From Octopus sinensis (taxonomy: Eukaryota): 64,000 nucleotides of DNA. The notes beneath the pieces are model-generated. The model searched no databases. It was not told where the DNA came from and saw only the letters and a program-made list of their open reading frames with translations. The DNA is taken from assembly GCF_006345805.1 (NCBI RefSeq), contig NC_043007.1:75516001-75580000 (forward strand), given 5' to 3'. The position numbers and the translations under genes are program-made. Of the stretch, positions 49,854 to 62,293 are shown in pieces. Position 1 is the first letter of the stretch, and every line of letters begins with the position of its first letter.

Positions 49854-49912
49854 AAAGCAATTAAGATTCAAGTGAGTTCTGTTGAATTCACATGAATGCG
49901 GTACTTAACTTA
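49731..49912. repeat. Perfect 62-bp inverted repeat around (TA)n at the truncated 5' end of the Penelope-like element
   Basis: 49731-49792 is the reverse complement of 49851-49912; an extra short copy GTAAAAGCAAT lies at 49809-49819. Confidence 0.95.
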
Positions 49913-49939
49913 TATATACATATATATATATATATATAT

Positions 49940-50322
49940 AGGCGCAGGAGTGGCTGTGTGGTAAGTAGCTTGTTTAGTCCCACTGCGTGGCACCTTAGGC
50001 AAGTGTCTTCTACTATAGCCTCGGGCCGACCAAAGCCTTGTGAGTGGATTTGGTAGACGGAAACTGAAAGAAGCCTGTCGTATATATGTATATACATGTA
50101 TGCGTGTGTGTATTTGTGTGAGTGTGTTTGTCCTCCTAGCATTGCTTGACAACCGATGCTGGTGTGTTTATGTCCCCGTTACTTAGCGGTTCGGCAAAAG
50201 AGACCGATAGAATACGTACTGGGCTTACAAAAGAATAAGTCCCGGGGTCGAGTTGCTCGATTAAAGGCGCTGTTCCAGCATGGCCGCAGTCAAATGACTG
50301 AAACAAGTAAAAGAGTAAAAGA
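49940..50322 (+). mobile_element. SINE family A
   Basis: AGGCGCAGGAGTGGCTGTGTGG head, small deletion in the B-box region, AAAGAGT tail. Confidence 0.9.
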
Positions 50323-50361
50323 GAGTATATATATGTTTGTGTGTGTGTGTGTGGGAGGGGT

Positions 50362-50727
50362 AGGCGCAACAGCCCAGTGGTTAGGGCAGCGGACTCGCGG
50401 TCGTGAGATCGAGGTTTCGATTCCCAGACTGGGCGTTGTGAGTGTTTATTGAGGGAAAACATCTAAAGCTCACGAGGCTCTGGCAGTGAGTATGAGGCAA
50501 ACCCTGCTGTACTCTTTCACCACAATCTTCTCTCACTCTTTCTTCCTGTTTCTGTTGTACCTGCATTTCAAAGGGCCAGCCTAGTCACTCTGAATCTCCC
50601 TGAGAACTACGCTAACGGTACACACGTCTGTGGAGTGCTCAGCCACAGGCACATTAATTTCACGAGCAGGCTGTTCCGTTGATCGGATCAACTGGAATCC
50701 TCGTCGTCATAACCGACGGAGTGCCAC
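50362..50727 (+). mobile_element. SINE family D, tail variant 4
   Basis: Shared head and body; tail ...CCTCGTCGTCATAACCGACGGAGTGCCAC. Confidence 0.85.
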
Positions 50728-50751
50728 GATATATATATATAAAATTCTATA

Positions 50752-50839
50752 TGTGGCTGAAGATTGCTCGACATTTTAAAACTGATGTAATACTTACAGT
50801 GTTTAATAAAATGAAGTAGCATGAAACAATTGTACTACA
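50752..50839 (+). ncRNA. Type I hammerhead ribozyme motif related to 47297-47386, stem II closing pair mutated
   Basis: TGTGG-CTGAAGA-ttgct...agcat-GAAACAATTGTA-CTACA. Confidence 0.72.
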
Positions 50840-50968
50840 CTACCTTGGATATCCTTGTTGCTTATTTTGATTATAATCACCCCATTTGATTTATATGGAT
50901 CATACCATACAAAATTTTGGTGCCTTTAACTTAAGTACCATATTCATCTGAATCTAAATTTTGCTGAA

Positions 50969-51059
<91 letters not shown>

Positions 51060-51269
51060 TAAGGTATGTAGAAAAATACAACATGGACAAGAACGTATAA
51101 CTCTTAGAAGACGATACAATAAACATGGACAGGACATTCGAACCCCTCAGTCTTCAGTCAAGAACCGGATCATCGTAGTAATTTCGGCTGATTAATCATA
51201 TATATATATATATATATACATACACACACACACACATATATATACATACATACATACATACATACATAC

Positions 51270-51396
<127 letters not shown>

Positions 51397-51426
51397 GATA
51401 CATACATTTATATATATATATAGGAG

Positions 51427-51790
51427 GAGCGCAGGAGTGGCTGTGTGATAAGTAGCTTGCTAACCAACCACATGGTTCCGGGTTCAATCCCACTGCGTGG
51501 AATCTTGGGCAAGTGTCTTCTGTGAGTGGATTTGGTAGACGGAAACTGAAAGAAGCCTGTCGTATATATGTATATATATATATGTATGTGTGTCTGTGTT
51601 TGTTCCCCTAGCATTGCTTGACAACCGATGCTGGTGTGTTTACGTCCCCGTCACTTAGCGGTTCGGCAAAAAGAGACCGATAGAATAAGTACTGGGCTTA
51701 CAAAAAGAATAAGTCCCGGGGTCGAGTTGGTCGACTAAAGGCGGTGTTCCAGCATGGCCGCAGTCAAATGACTGAAACAAGTAAAAGAGT
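51427..51790 (+). mobile_element. SINE family A with internal deletion
   Basis: Matches the family; part of the CORE region is missing. Confidence 0.88.
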
Positions 51791-52288
51791 ATATGTATAT
51801 ACATATATATACACACACACACACATAATTTACTATTAAGTGTATATATGTGAGTACATACATTTTAAATATTTTCATACATACATGTTTAATTTGGTAT
51901 TACGTGTATATAAGATATTCATTTTGTAATTAAAGGTTGCGGAGCTCTGATCTGTACAAGCCTTGTCTATGTTAGAGGCTAACCAACACTTTTTACCCCG
52001 ACCATTTGGATCTCACCACATTATTATCACGCAGACACACACGCCTCAAGAGTAAACAAACATCTCAATAAACTGTTTTATCTATTCAGGCACTACCTTT
52101 TGTTCCAGACTTGTCGATGCAGTATGCAAAAGGCATGTCTAATAAATTCTAGGTTAAGTAAATGCATCAAATAACATCATATTTCTAGAAATATATCTTT
52201 CAGAAAATGATGATATCTATTTACTTTTGAGATGCCTGTGTACACACACACACACGCACGCACACGCACGCGCACACACACACACACG

Positions 52289-52338
<50 letters not shown>

Positions 52339-52454
52339 CACACATATACGCATCTTCAGTAGTTCGTATATGGGGAAAAGGAGCCCAGTGTAAAGCATTA
52401 GAGCTGTAATGTACTTTTTAGGAAGTTACAAGTCAAGGCCTGTCATAGAGTTAC

Positions 52455-52575
52455 CTATTTCTTTATTACCCACAAGGGGCTAAACATAGAGGGGACAAAC
52501 ATAGGTATTAAGTCGATTACATCGACCCCAGTGCGTAACTGGTGCTTAATTTATCGACCCCGAAAGGATGAAACG
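52455..52575 (-). mobile_element. SINE family B 3' fragment
   Basis: Reverse complement of the Meta domain and tail. Confidence 0.8.
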
Positions 52576-53844
52576 CAAATTGAAGTTACCATTGATGCTA
52601 AGCGCTTTACAGGGGCGAACACTATGGTCACTCTATGACTGGCCATAGCTTTTAATAAAAGTCAGCACCCTAATAATACACACGCGTACTGGATTGCCTA
52701 TAGGTCAGTTCTCAGTAGTAGATAATCTTTATTTCCAGTATGATTTTCATTTTTAAAAGTTTATATCTTATAGTAACAAGTAGATTAAATTGGAAAGTAA
52801 TAATGATATAGAATAGCGCACAGTCCTGCAAAGTAATGAAATATATGTAGCCCCGTGCTTATTAGGTTCACAAGCACCCTGACTTAGTTGAAAGCATTCA
52901 GAGACACAACCATTTGCTTTCAACACGCCCACTGTATTACTTAAATATTTGCATTGAAAAATAATAGCGACAAAACACAATTCTAGCCTATAAAATTTGA
53001 ATTAAAGCAGCTTTTTAATTGGTCCATACAATTATATTTTTAAAATAAAAGTAAGATAGTTTACTCGAGGTTTGGTATTGATGTTATTTTGAAAGTCTAC
53101 CGACCTTATTACAAATATAACAAATAAAACAGTAAAAAGGTTGTGTAAGAAGATAGAGGGTTTTATTTATTTATTTATTTATTTATTTTTGACGCAGCAA
53201 TTTGGTTGGTTGATTTCCATCCACGTGTTGGATGCTGGTATTGGACTGGAATCTCAATTATAGAAAAGTTTTCTAAAGGAAAGTGTCATTGATCAAGTGT
53301 TTTTTTTATACTTCTATTCATATTCACAGGTAAATTGATTTATTAATTATATTCAGCAATAATTATTTCAGAAAAAAAAAGAAAAAAGAATTCTGTATTT
53401 TGAAATATAAATGTAAAAGACGAATTAACTGGACATAATATATTTTTTAAAATAATATGTAAAAGATGTCGCAGTTTTATTTTGTTTTCTCAGGGAAAAT
53501 AAGCTAAAAATTGAAATTTATTTTATGAAAAATAATAGTTTTTGTATCAATGATAATTGTATATTATTGTGTTATAAGACTAATAATGTAGTACCCTAAT
53601 TTTTATTAGAGATTTTTATTAGAAATATCTTTGAATTTTTTTAAAATTAAATTTATGATGTCTACATCTTTGTATCTTTAATTATTTTGTAACTTTTTTG
53701 TATTCGGGATAGAAGAGGGTGGCCTACCAGTTTTAATTTTGTGTTAACTTCATCTCGTCTTCATATTTCATTTTCATAAACTATAACATTTTACATTAAT
53801 TCATCACAAAAATATATCATTTTAAGCACTCAGATAAATGGAAT

Positions 53845-54097
53845 GGTACTACTTAAGAAGAGTGGTCCCGGTGCGCGCACTCGCGTACCCGCGCTAGCTA
53901 GTCGTCACTAGACGATCCTACAACGACTACCTAGCAAAGTAAATCTTAACACAAATAATTTTTTTACGCAAAGTAAATAATTTTTTTTAAAACACAGTAA
54001 ATAAATCAAAAAACATAAAGTAAGGAACGACTAGTCACGACTAGCTAGCGCGGATGCGCGAGTGCGCGCACCGGGACCACTCTTCTTAAGTAGTGCC
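53845..54097. mobile_element. Merlin-like MITE copy 1
   Basis: About 65-bp TIRs starting GGTACTACTTAAGAAGAGTGGTCCCGGTGCGCGCAC; 8-bp TSD AATGGAAT/AATGGAAG. Confidence 0.85.
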
Positions 54098-54717
54098 AAT
54101 GGAAGTGTATAGTCTCACAGAAAGTTTTCTTCGGTTAATGAGGTTAATGTTTACAGTGAAACTCCAATGTTTGACCCGCACACACACACACACACACACA
54201 AATGTGCAATAGGTGTAAAACATATACTAAATGAATATGAAAAAAAAATGCGCGCTGGCGAACCGGGGAGCAGGGGTGGGTGAGAGAACTCGGAACGTTC
54301 ATATTCGCTGTTTTACATCTATTGCACTATTTTTTTTTTTTTTTTTGCTTGGATCAAACACTGGAGTTTGACCATGTTTAATTTAACTCCCGGTCACCAA
54401 AAAAAAAAAAAAAAAAAAAGTGGGGTAATACGTGTAAAAAAAAAAAATGTGTATAAAGCGAGTATGAAAACAAAAATTTGCGCATCATTAACCTGCGCGG
54501 TTAATGTTGACATTTATTATTCGGAAACGTAATCGAAAAAAAAAAAGAAAAGAAAAAGAATAGTGCAACGGGTGTAATAAAAGGTGTAGAAAACGAATAT
54601 GAAACAAAAATGCGCGGAAAGCCACTGGGCGGTAGGAAGAGAATTTCGGAAAAGTCACAAGATCCGAGTCTTTTCACTCATAACTTTTAGGAAAATGAGA
54701 TACAACTTCAGCATTTT

Positions 54718-54889
54718 AGGCACAGGAGTGGCTGTGTGGTAAGTAGCTTGCTAACCAACCACATGGTCCCGGGTTCAGTCCCGCTGCGTGGCACTTTGGG
54801 CAAGTGTCTTCTGCTATAGCCACGGGCTGACCAATGTCTTGTGAGTGGATTTGGTAGACGGAAACTGAAAGAAGCCTGTCGTATATATG

Positions 54890-54920
<31 letters not shown>

Positions 54921-55110
54921 CTGTGTTTGTCCCCCTAGTATTGCCTAACAACCGATGCGGGTGTGTTTACGTCCCCCGTCACTTAGCGGTTCGGCAAAAG
55001 AGACCGATAGAATAAGTACTGGGCTTACAAAGAGTAAGTCCCGGGGTCGATTTGCTCGACCAAAGGCGGTGCTCCAGCATGGCCCCAGTCAAATGACTGA
55101 AACAAGTAAA
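54718..55110 (+). mobile_element. SINE family A
   Basis: Full head and tail. Confidence 0.9.
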
Positions 55111-55365
55111 TAAAAAAAAAGAATTTCACTTATTCTTTTCAAACTTGTTTGAATTTTCAATCACATGTAATCCACACTCACGAAAACATACTTCTGCAAA
55201 ATGTTATCTTAAAATATGGATAAAGAAAAGTGGCTAATGCAGTTTCACATCTCACCTTCAAAAACACATTTGTTGGGCCACACCTTTTTCCGAAAAAAAA
55301 AATTTATTATAAGGGGTTTCCGGCACATCAGGCATCCGTAATGCATGCCGTTTGAAAGTTATATA

Positions 55366-55720
55366 TACTCTTTTACTTGTTTCAGTCATTTGAATGTGGC
55401 CATGTTGGAGCACCGCCTTTTAGTCGAGCAAATCGACCCCAGGACTTATTATTTGTAAGCCTAGTACTTATTCTATCGGTGTCTTTTGCCGAACCGCTAA
55501 GTCATGGGGACAAAAACACACCAGCATCGGTTGTCAAGCGATGTTGGTGGGACAGATACACACACACACATATATATTCGACGGGTTTCTTTCAGTTTCT
55601 GTCTACCAAATCCACTCAATGCTTTGGTCGGCTCGAGGCTATAGTAGAAGACACTTGCCCAAGGTGCCACACAGTGGGACTGAACCCTGAACCATGTGGT
55701 TCGTAAGCAAACTACTTACC
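55366..55720 (-). mobile_element. SINE family A
   Basis: Matches the family. Confidence 0.9.
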
Positions 55721-56117
55721 GCACTATACATATATAAAATTTCATTTAAAAAAAAAAATCCATTTTCCTAAGTTTTGAGGGAAAAACTCGGATCTTGTAA
55801 ATTTTCCGAAGTCCTCCCCGCTCCGCTGTGGCTTTCCGCGCATTTTTTTTCACATTCGTTTCTTACACTTTTTTTTTAACACCCGTTGCACTATTTTTTT
55901 TTTCTTTTTCGATTTCGTTTCCGGGTAATGTCAACATTAACCAATTACGCTAACGAACAGGTGATGGGGAGGGGATGGAGAGAAGAAAATTCACAAGATC
56001 TGATTTTTTCTCTTATAACTTTTAGGAAAATGGATTTTTTTTCCCCAGAGGGTGGGGAGAGGACTTTCGGAAAATTCACGCGATCTGATTTTTTCCTTCA
56101 TAACTTTTAGGAAAATG

Positions 56118-56425
56118 GGTACTACTTAAGAAGAGTGGTCCCGGTGCGCGCACTCGCGTACTCGCGCATCCGCGCTAGCTAGTCGTGACTAGTCGATCCT
56201 TACTATGTGTTTTTGTTTTATTTACTTTGTTTAAAAAAATTATTTACTTTGTGCTTTTGTGTTTTATTTACTTTGTTTTAAAAAATTATTTACTTTGTGT
56301 AAAAAAATTATTTATTTTGTGTTTTATTTACTTTGCTGGGTAGTCGTTGTAGGATCGACTAGTCACGACTAGCTAGCGCGGATGCGCGAGTGCGCGCACC
56401 GGGACCACTCTTCTTAAGTAGTACC
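56118..56425. mobile_element. Merlin-like MITE copy 2
   Basis: Same TIRs as copy 1; perfect 8-bp TSD GGAAAATG at 56110-56117 and 56426-56433. Confidence 0.9.
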
Positions 56426-56449
56426 GGAAAATGATCTACTTTAATGAAA

Positions 56450-56837
56450 TCTCTCTCTATATAAACGGCAGTTTGTCTGTGCATGTTTCTGTGTGTCTGT
56501 TTTCTCGTACCCTCACCCTGACCACGGCTTTCAACCGATTCTGATGAAACTTGACACACACATAGCCCAATGTCATAATTCAAAACTAACGCAGCGAAAA
56601 TTTTGAAAAGTTCCCCCAGTTCTGAAAAAAATCGATAAATTCGACATGGGGTCGAGAATAAAAAAAAACAAACCACAGACTGTCTAGGGGACGCAACTCA
56701 ACCTTTTATTACTCTCAAAAAAAAAATTTACCATCATTTTTTTTCCATTTTTTGGCTATTTTTTGGCTATAACTCTCTAAAAATGCTTTATAGTTATTTC
56801 CCTTACAAACCTGAGCAACGCCGGGCGATACTGCTAG
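56450..56837 (+). mobile_element. Non-autonomous Helitron
   Basis: Inserted between A and T; starts TC, ends CTAG; subterminal GC-rich hairpin-like CCTGAGCAACGCCGGGC; no TSD. Confidence 0.8.
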
Positions 56838-57164
56838 TTGTATATAAATAGCCTTTAAACGGCATAGCTTACGGTTATAAAGAAATTTTGGTGAATTTTT
56901 AGATTCAGTTAAGGGCGATTTAGCCGTTGTTTTTAGCACACATCTCCGTTGGGATCTTTTAAAAAAACCTTTTTTATTACTTAAACGTTAGATAAATGAA
57001 TCTAAAATTCTTTGGCGAAGATAAAGAATACGCACACCCGGTATTTCGGGTTAGGGTTTCGCCGAAAACGGGTGGTGCGCGTGTTCCTCCAATTTATTTT
57101 TCAAACTTATTTCCATTACGCTCAAGCGAAAAAAAAAATTTATGAATTTCTTTCTCTTCGAAAG

Positions 57165-59250
57165 CCTCTCCCCATGTCGTGAGGTGGGCGGGGACATCCA
57201 ATAGCAGATGTGGAGCTGTGGGGTGTTTTGGAGGAGATCGTCAGGAATGCGTGAGTGGTCGTTAAGTAGGCACTTGAAATGGAACTTCCAGCAATCGAGG
57301 ATTCCCCGGGTGTCGGTTATCGTTGAGCCAGCTGCGTTCTTCAGGCCGCCCACTGATGACCTTGTTGGGCCAAAGATCTCTTTGGTTGTGGCATAAAAGC
57401 TGCGCAAGTCTCGTTGGTCCGCATAGTTTTGCATCTCCTCTGCTACCAGGTGTTCTGAGCTTCTCGAATTCCTCGCTGGCATTCCGCTGATGCTTGCTGG
57501 TGTTTTCGTTTGTTCTCCGCAGTGGCATGGTTCTCGGGGGCTAGGCGCATCCGGAGTTTGGCTTCGATAAGACGGGAGATGGTTTCATCATTCTCGTCAA
57601 ACCAATCTTGGTCCTACCGGGCAAAGCCGATCGTCTCCTCGGAGTCAGTGGTCATGGCTTCACGCAGGCTGGTCCAGCGATCCTCAATGGAGGTTGGATC
57701 TGGGAGGTCCATCAGGTGTCTCTCAGTGGATTCCCTGAAGTCTTGGGATGTCTGTGAATTTCGGAGTTTGGCGCTGTCGAAGCGTCGGCAAGGGATGTTT
57801 GCTGAGACTCACTTTCGTGGGCAGCAGATTTTGATGTCAAGGCGAGAAATAAGAAGGCGGTGATCCGTCCAGCAGTCATCTGCACCAGGCATGGAGCGAG
57901 TGATGTGTACATCTCGTCTGTCCCTGGATCTTGTCAGAAGTAGTCTAGGATGTGCCAGTGTTTAGATCGTGAGTGTTTCAAGGTTGTTTTTTGTCGGGTA
58001 CGGAGATGAAATAGGGAGTTGATGATGACGAGTTCGTGCTCGGCGCAAAGGCCCAGGTAGAGCTGGCCATTGGCCTTACATTTCCCACTGTCTTGAATGT
58101 TAAAGGAATGTCATCCCACAGACAATAGTCACTGCCGACTCTGCCGTTAAAGTCCCCCAACAAGACGAGTTTGTCATGCGCGGGGACTGTCTGGATGGTG
58201 CGGTCCAGCAGGTTTTGGAACGAAGCCTTGACGTCGTCTTCAGATATGAGGTAGGGGCATACACAGGGGTCAGCGTAAGGAATCTGTCTCGAATGAATGG
58301 GAACCAAACAGTCATCAGGTGTTCACTGACGGCAGTTGGGACGAGTCTGTGTTGGCCCACGAGTTGCGTTTTGATGGTAAGGCCAACTCCATGGATACGT
58401 AGTTCATTAGGATTCTTTCCCTTCCAAAAGATGGTGTATTTGGAGCCAGCTTCTCTGATGCTGCCTTCTCCAGGAAGCCTAGTCTCGCTCAAGGCTGCCA
58501 AGTCGATGTTGAAGCGGGCAAGTTCCTTGCAGACGAGGGCTATACGTCGCTCTGGTCCTAGAGAGGACGGATGTTCCAGGTCCCAAAGGTGAGAGGTTGT
58601 GAAACAGAGGATTTAGTAGAGTTCCAACCGCCAGATCAAGTTGCCGTGTCCGATGTTTACCCCCAACATTTTCTAGGGGCTTCCTCTCGAGGGGTGGGCT
58701 GCGATAATCCTAAAGAGGCTAGCCCAGTCACGAATCTAGCTGCCTAACTCCAATGTCACAGCTAGTCATTGGTAACGACCATCTGAGATTCGCCGCCAAT
58801 GTGTGGTCACGGACTAGAGGCTTCCAGCTTTCCAGACCTGCGGTGCCCACGATACTATCGACATTGAGCTTTTTGAGACAGATTAGAAAGACGAAGCCAT
58901 TCACTGAGTAAATTGTTTGAGGCTGCACGACAACCACGCGCACGCACTTGGCCAGGAACTTCTCTACTGCAGTTCAAGGCTGGTCGCAGGGAGCTGCCGG
59001 AGTCTATCCGCCCTTTTCACGCCTGCCCGCCAGGCGTTGCCTTCTTCTGCCGGAGTCAATCCTTGGGGGCTTGAGATAGCCCTCCTCCGCTTGCTCCGCC
59101 GTTGGTGTTTGGTCGTGTTTTGTCTGGGACCTCATCCTCGACCTGGCCCTACCAGGAGTCTAAGACTCCAGACGGCATCGCTCTCAGAATCATTGGAACA
59201 CACAAGCTCTTCCACCACGAGGGACGACCATCTCTTCTTAGGGTACACAC
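57165..59250 (-). mobile_element. RTE/BovB-like LINE 5' part (5' UTR and AP endonuclease), 3'-truncated
   Basis: 'ELARFNIDLAALSETRLPGEGSIRE...YTIFWKG...HGVG', 'VYAPT', 'LLGDFNGRVG', 'WHILDY', 'TDHRLL'. Confidence 0.88.
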
Positions 59251-59875
59251 ACGCATTTAACAGGAAAAAAACGTTTCTATGATAAGGCGTCAGTCAAAGT
59301 GCTTTTAATTACTTTTGGCTCCATTCTTTTTATTTTTATCTTACTAAAATAATACAAGTCTGGTAAATTTAAGAAAACTATTTAATTAACGGGTGGATAC
59401 ATAAATCCTCGAGAATTGTTTAGCTACATATCAGTTGTGAACGAACTGATCTATGATTAACATGGGCTGTTATCATATTGTCCTTTCGGCGGTCTTTCGC
59501 CAAAAAATCGCCGCGCTTTCAGTTGTGTAATCTATGTTTTAATAAATTTGCAAAAGTTGTGTTAATAGATATACTTCATGGTCGCGGCGGACAAATGGAA
59601 AAAGCGTTGCCCCAGAGAATGACGAGGGAAGTGGACTAGTACAATCACTCTGACTCATGGGGGCTCGCACTTGCGGATAGGTATCTAATTTAAAACCCAA
59701 ATTAACCATGTTGAAGATAAATTGCGATATCGGAGCTTTTAGTCAAGAAGATCTTGATAACGTTGAGAAAATAAATATTTTCTAATCACAAACACTTTTC
59801 AGAAAGTGTAGATCCTAATTTTTTCGAAACTTAATTGTTTTCTTTTCCTTTTTTTTTTCTTCACGTCTAACTCCG

Positions 59876-61616
59876 GCATAACTACGGATATGTACCCGCC
59901 ACGCACCATGACTTTGTTGCCTCGTAACTTCCAGAAAAATGGATACTTTTTGATGAAATTTTCAACAAATAATCACTTAGATCTTGTAGATTGAGTGAAC
60001 GTAAAGATTTATTGGAAAGAGCTTTCTGAGGTGTTGGGGAGAGGAGTTTCGGAAAATTCACACAACCCGACATTTTTCTCTTCGTAACTTTCGGGAAAAT
60101 GGGTATTATTTAATGAAATTTTATACAAATACCTTCCAAACGGTGTAGATTACGATTACAAAGAAATTTGTAGGCAAAATATTTTGGAAGGGGATGGGAT
60201 CTGGAAAACGGAGTTTCGGATCAGACGCCCCACATAAGTTGGAATTTCTCCGTTTTGATGGGGATTTTTTCCAATTATTTCCTTCAGCACAATCTCTGGA
60301 ATGATGGAAGGATCTTTTCGCGAAAAAAATTAAAAAATTTTGAAAATGTATGATTTTTTCCACTCCCGCCACCCCTTCACCGTCCCAGTCCGGACTGATT
60401 TTGGCCATTTTTTTTCCACTATGCACTTAAAAAACACGAGAGAAACCTTTTCGATTAAAAAAAAAATTGGTAAACACTAATCAATTAATCTTTTCAGAAA
60501 AATGTGTGTGATTTAAAGGAGATTTGGCTGTTGTTTCTACCACATCGCAAGACCCGCCTCCTTGTTTTTCCTCACTCAAATATGTATTGATATTTTTCAA
60601 TATTTTCCCCATAAGCACATTTATGCTATGAAAAAAGGAAAAATTTGAAAATTTATGATTTTTTTAGCCCCCACTCCTTACCCCTGGTTGTTTCTGTTTA
60701 TATAATTCTAAAATATTGGAGAGCCTGAGAAGATTATTTCTGGGATTTATCCAGAGTGATTTTAATAAGAGGTATGTAAAAGACGATTTATTTTGAAAGC
60801 AAAATTTTCTATTAGAAAATATCTTTTCTTATACACACACACACATCTTCGCTCGGTTGGGATATGAGTAAAAATTTTAATTACCAATTTTTTCTCTGCT
60901 TATATCCCAGCAAAGGACTATGTATTTGTCACTTTGGCTTCATCATTCCATAAAGTGTGTTTATGAGGAGAAAAATATTGAAAAACATCAATAGATGTGA
61001 AAGTGAGAAAGAAAGGAGGCAGGAAGTCTTGGGAAGTGGATAGAAGCAACAGCCAGATCTCCCTTAAATCCCATTTTCCTCTGAAATTACGAACAATTTT
61101 TTAAACCAAAAATGTTACTTTCATGGTTTAAGTGCAAAGTAAAAAAAAAAAAGAAAAGAAATTGGCCAAAATCGATCCTGGCTGGGGTGGTGAGGTGGTG
61201 GCGAGAATGAAAAAGAATCATAAATTTTCAAAATTGTTTTCTTTTTCTTGTGAAAAGATATCTCCCATCATTCCGAAGACTGTGCTGCAAACAATATTGG
61301 AGAAATTCCAACTTATGTGGGCCGTCTGATCTGAAACTCCGTTCTCCTGAAACTTCCCCCACCCCGCCCCTTTTCAAAACATTTTGCCTACAAATTTCTT
61401 TGTAATCGTAATCTACATTGCTTGGAAGGTATTTGCTTAAAATTTCCAAAAAAATACCCATTTTCATGTAAGTTACAAATAGGAAAATGTCGGGTTGTAG
61501 TGAATTTTCCAAAATTCTTCTCCCCAACCCCCTGGGAAATTTTTTTCCAACAAAAGTATCCATTTTTCTGAAGTTATGAGGCAACAAAGTCATGGGGTAT
61601 ACATCTGTAGTTATGC
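59876..61616. repeat. Large diverged palindromic (foldback-like) element with about 700-bp arms
   Basis: 59876-60625 versus reverse complement 60949-61616, e.g. 'gtagattacgattacaaagaaatttgtaggcaaaat' and 'cacataagttggaatttctc'. Confidence 0.85.
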
Positions 61617-61803
61617 TCCAACTCCTGTATAATCGTGTTGACCACACCATCTGAAAGGTATTTGTAGAAAATTACAACAAAAAATTCATTTTTCTGAAAG
61701 TTATGAGGAAACAAAGTTGGGCTGTGGTACATTTGTGTAAATATGCCTCACTTTATTCATGATTTTTATTCATTATCGTTTACTGATCACTAGAGGTGTT
61801 CGT

Positions 61804-62293
61804 GGCTGCACAATGGCCACGCGCACGCACTTGGCCAGGAACTTCTCCACTGCAGTTCAAGGCTGGTTGCAGCGAGCTGTCGGAGTCTATCCGCCTTTTT
61901 CATGCCTTCCTGCGAGGCGTTGCCCTCTTCTGCCGGAGTCAATCCTTGGGGGCTTGAGATAGCCCTCCTCTGCTTGCTCTGCGGTTGGGGTCTTGATGTT
62001 GATGTTTGGTCGTGTTTAGTCTGGGACCTCACCCTCGACCTGGCCCTACCAGGAGTCTAAGACTCCAGATGGCATCGCTCTCAGAATCATTGGAACACAC
62101 AAGCTCTTCCACCACGAGGGATGACCATCTCTTCTTAGGGTACACACACGCATTTAACAGGAAAAAACGTTTCTGTGATAAGGCATCAGTCAAAATGCTT
62201 TTAATTACTTTTGGCTCCATTCTTTTTATTTTTATCTTACTATAATACTATATATAATACTACACTAGTCTGGTAAATTTAAGAAAACTATTT
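61804..62293. repeat. Direct duplicate of 58921-59383 (RTE 5' UTR plus AT-rich flank)
   Basis: Collinear and highly similar over about 470 bp. Confidence 0.92.

Larger units (their letters stand above)
54499..55941. repeat. Diverged inverted repeat (about 190-bp arms) enclosing two opposed SINE-A copies
   Basis: 54499-54697 versus reverse complement 55760-55941 (gttaatgttgacatt...gtgcaacgggtgt...tgcgcggaaagccac...acaagatccgagt...ttaggaaaatg). Confidence 0.8.
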
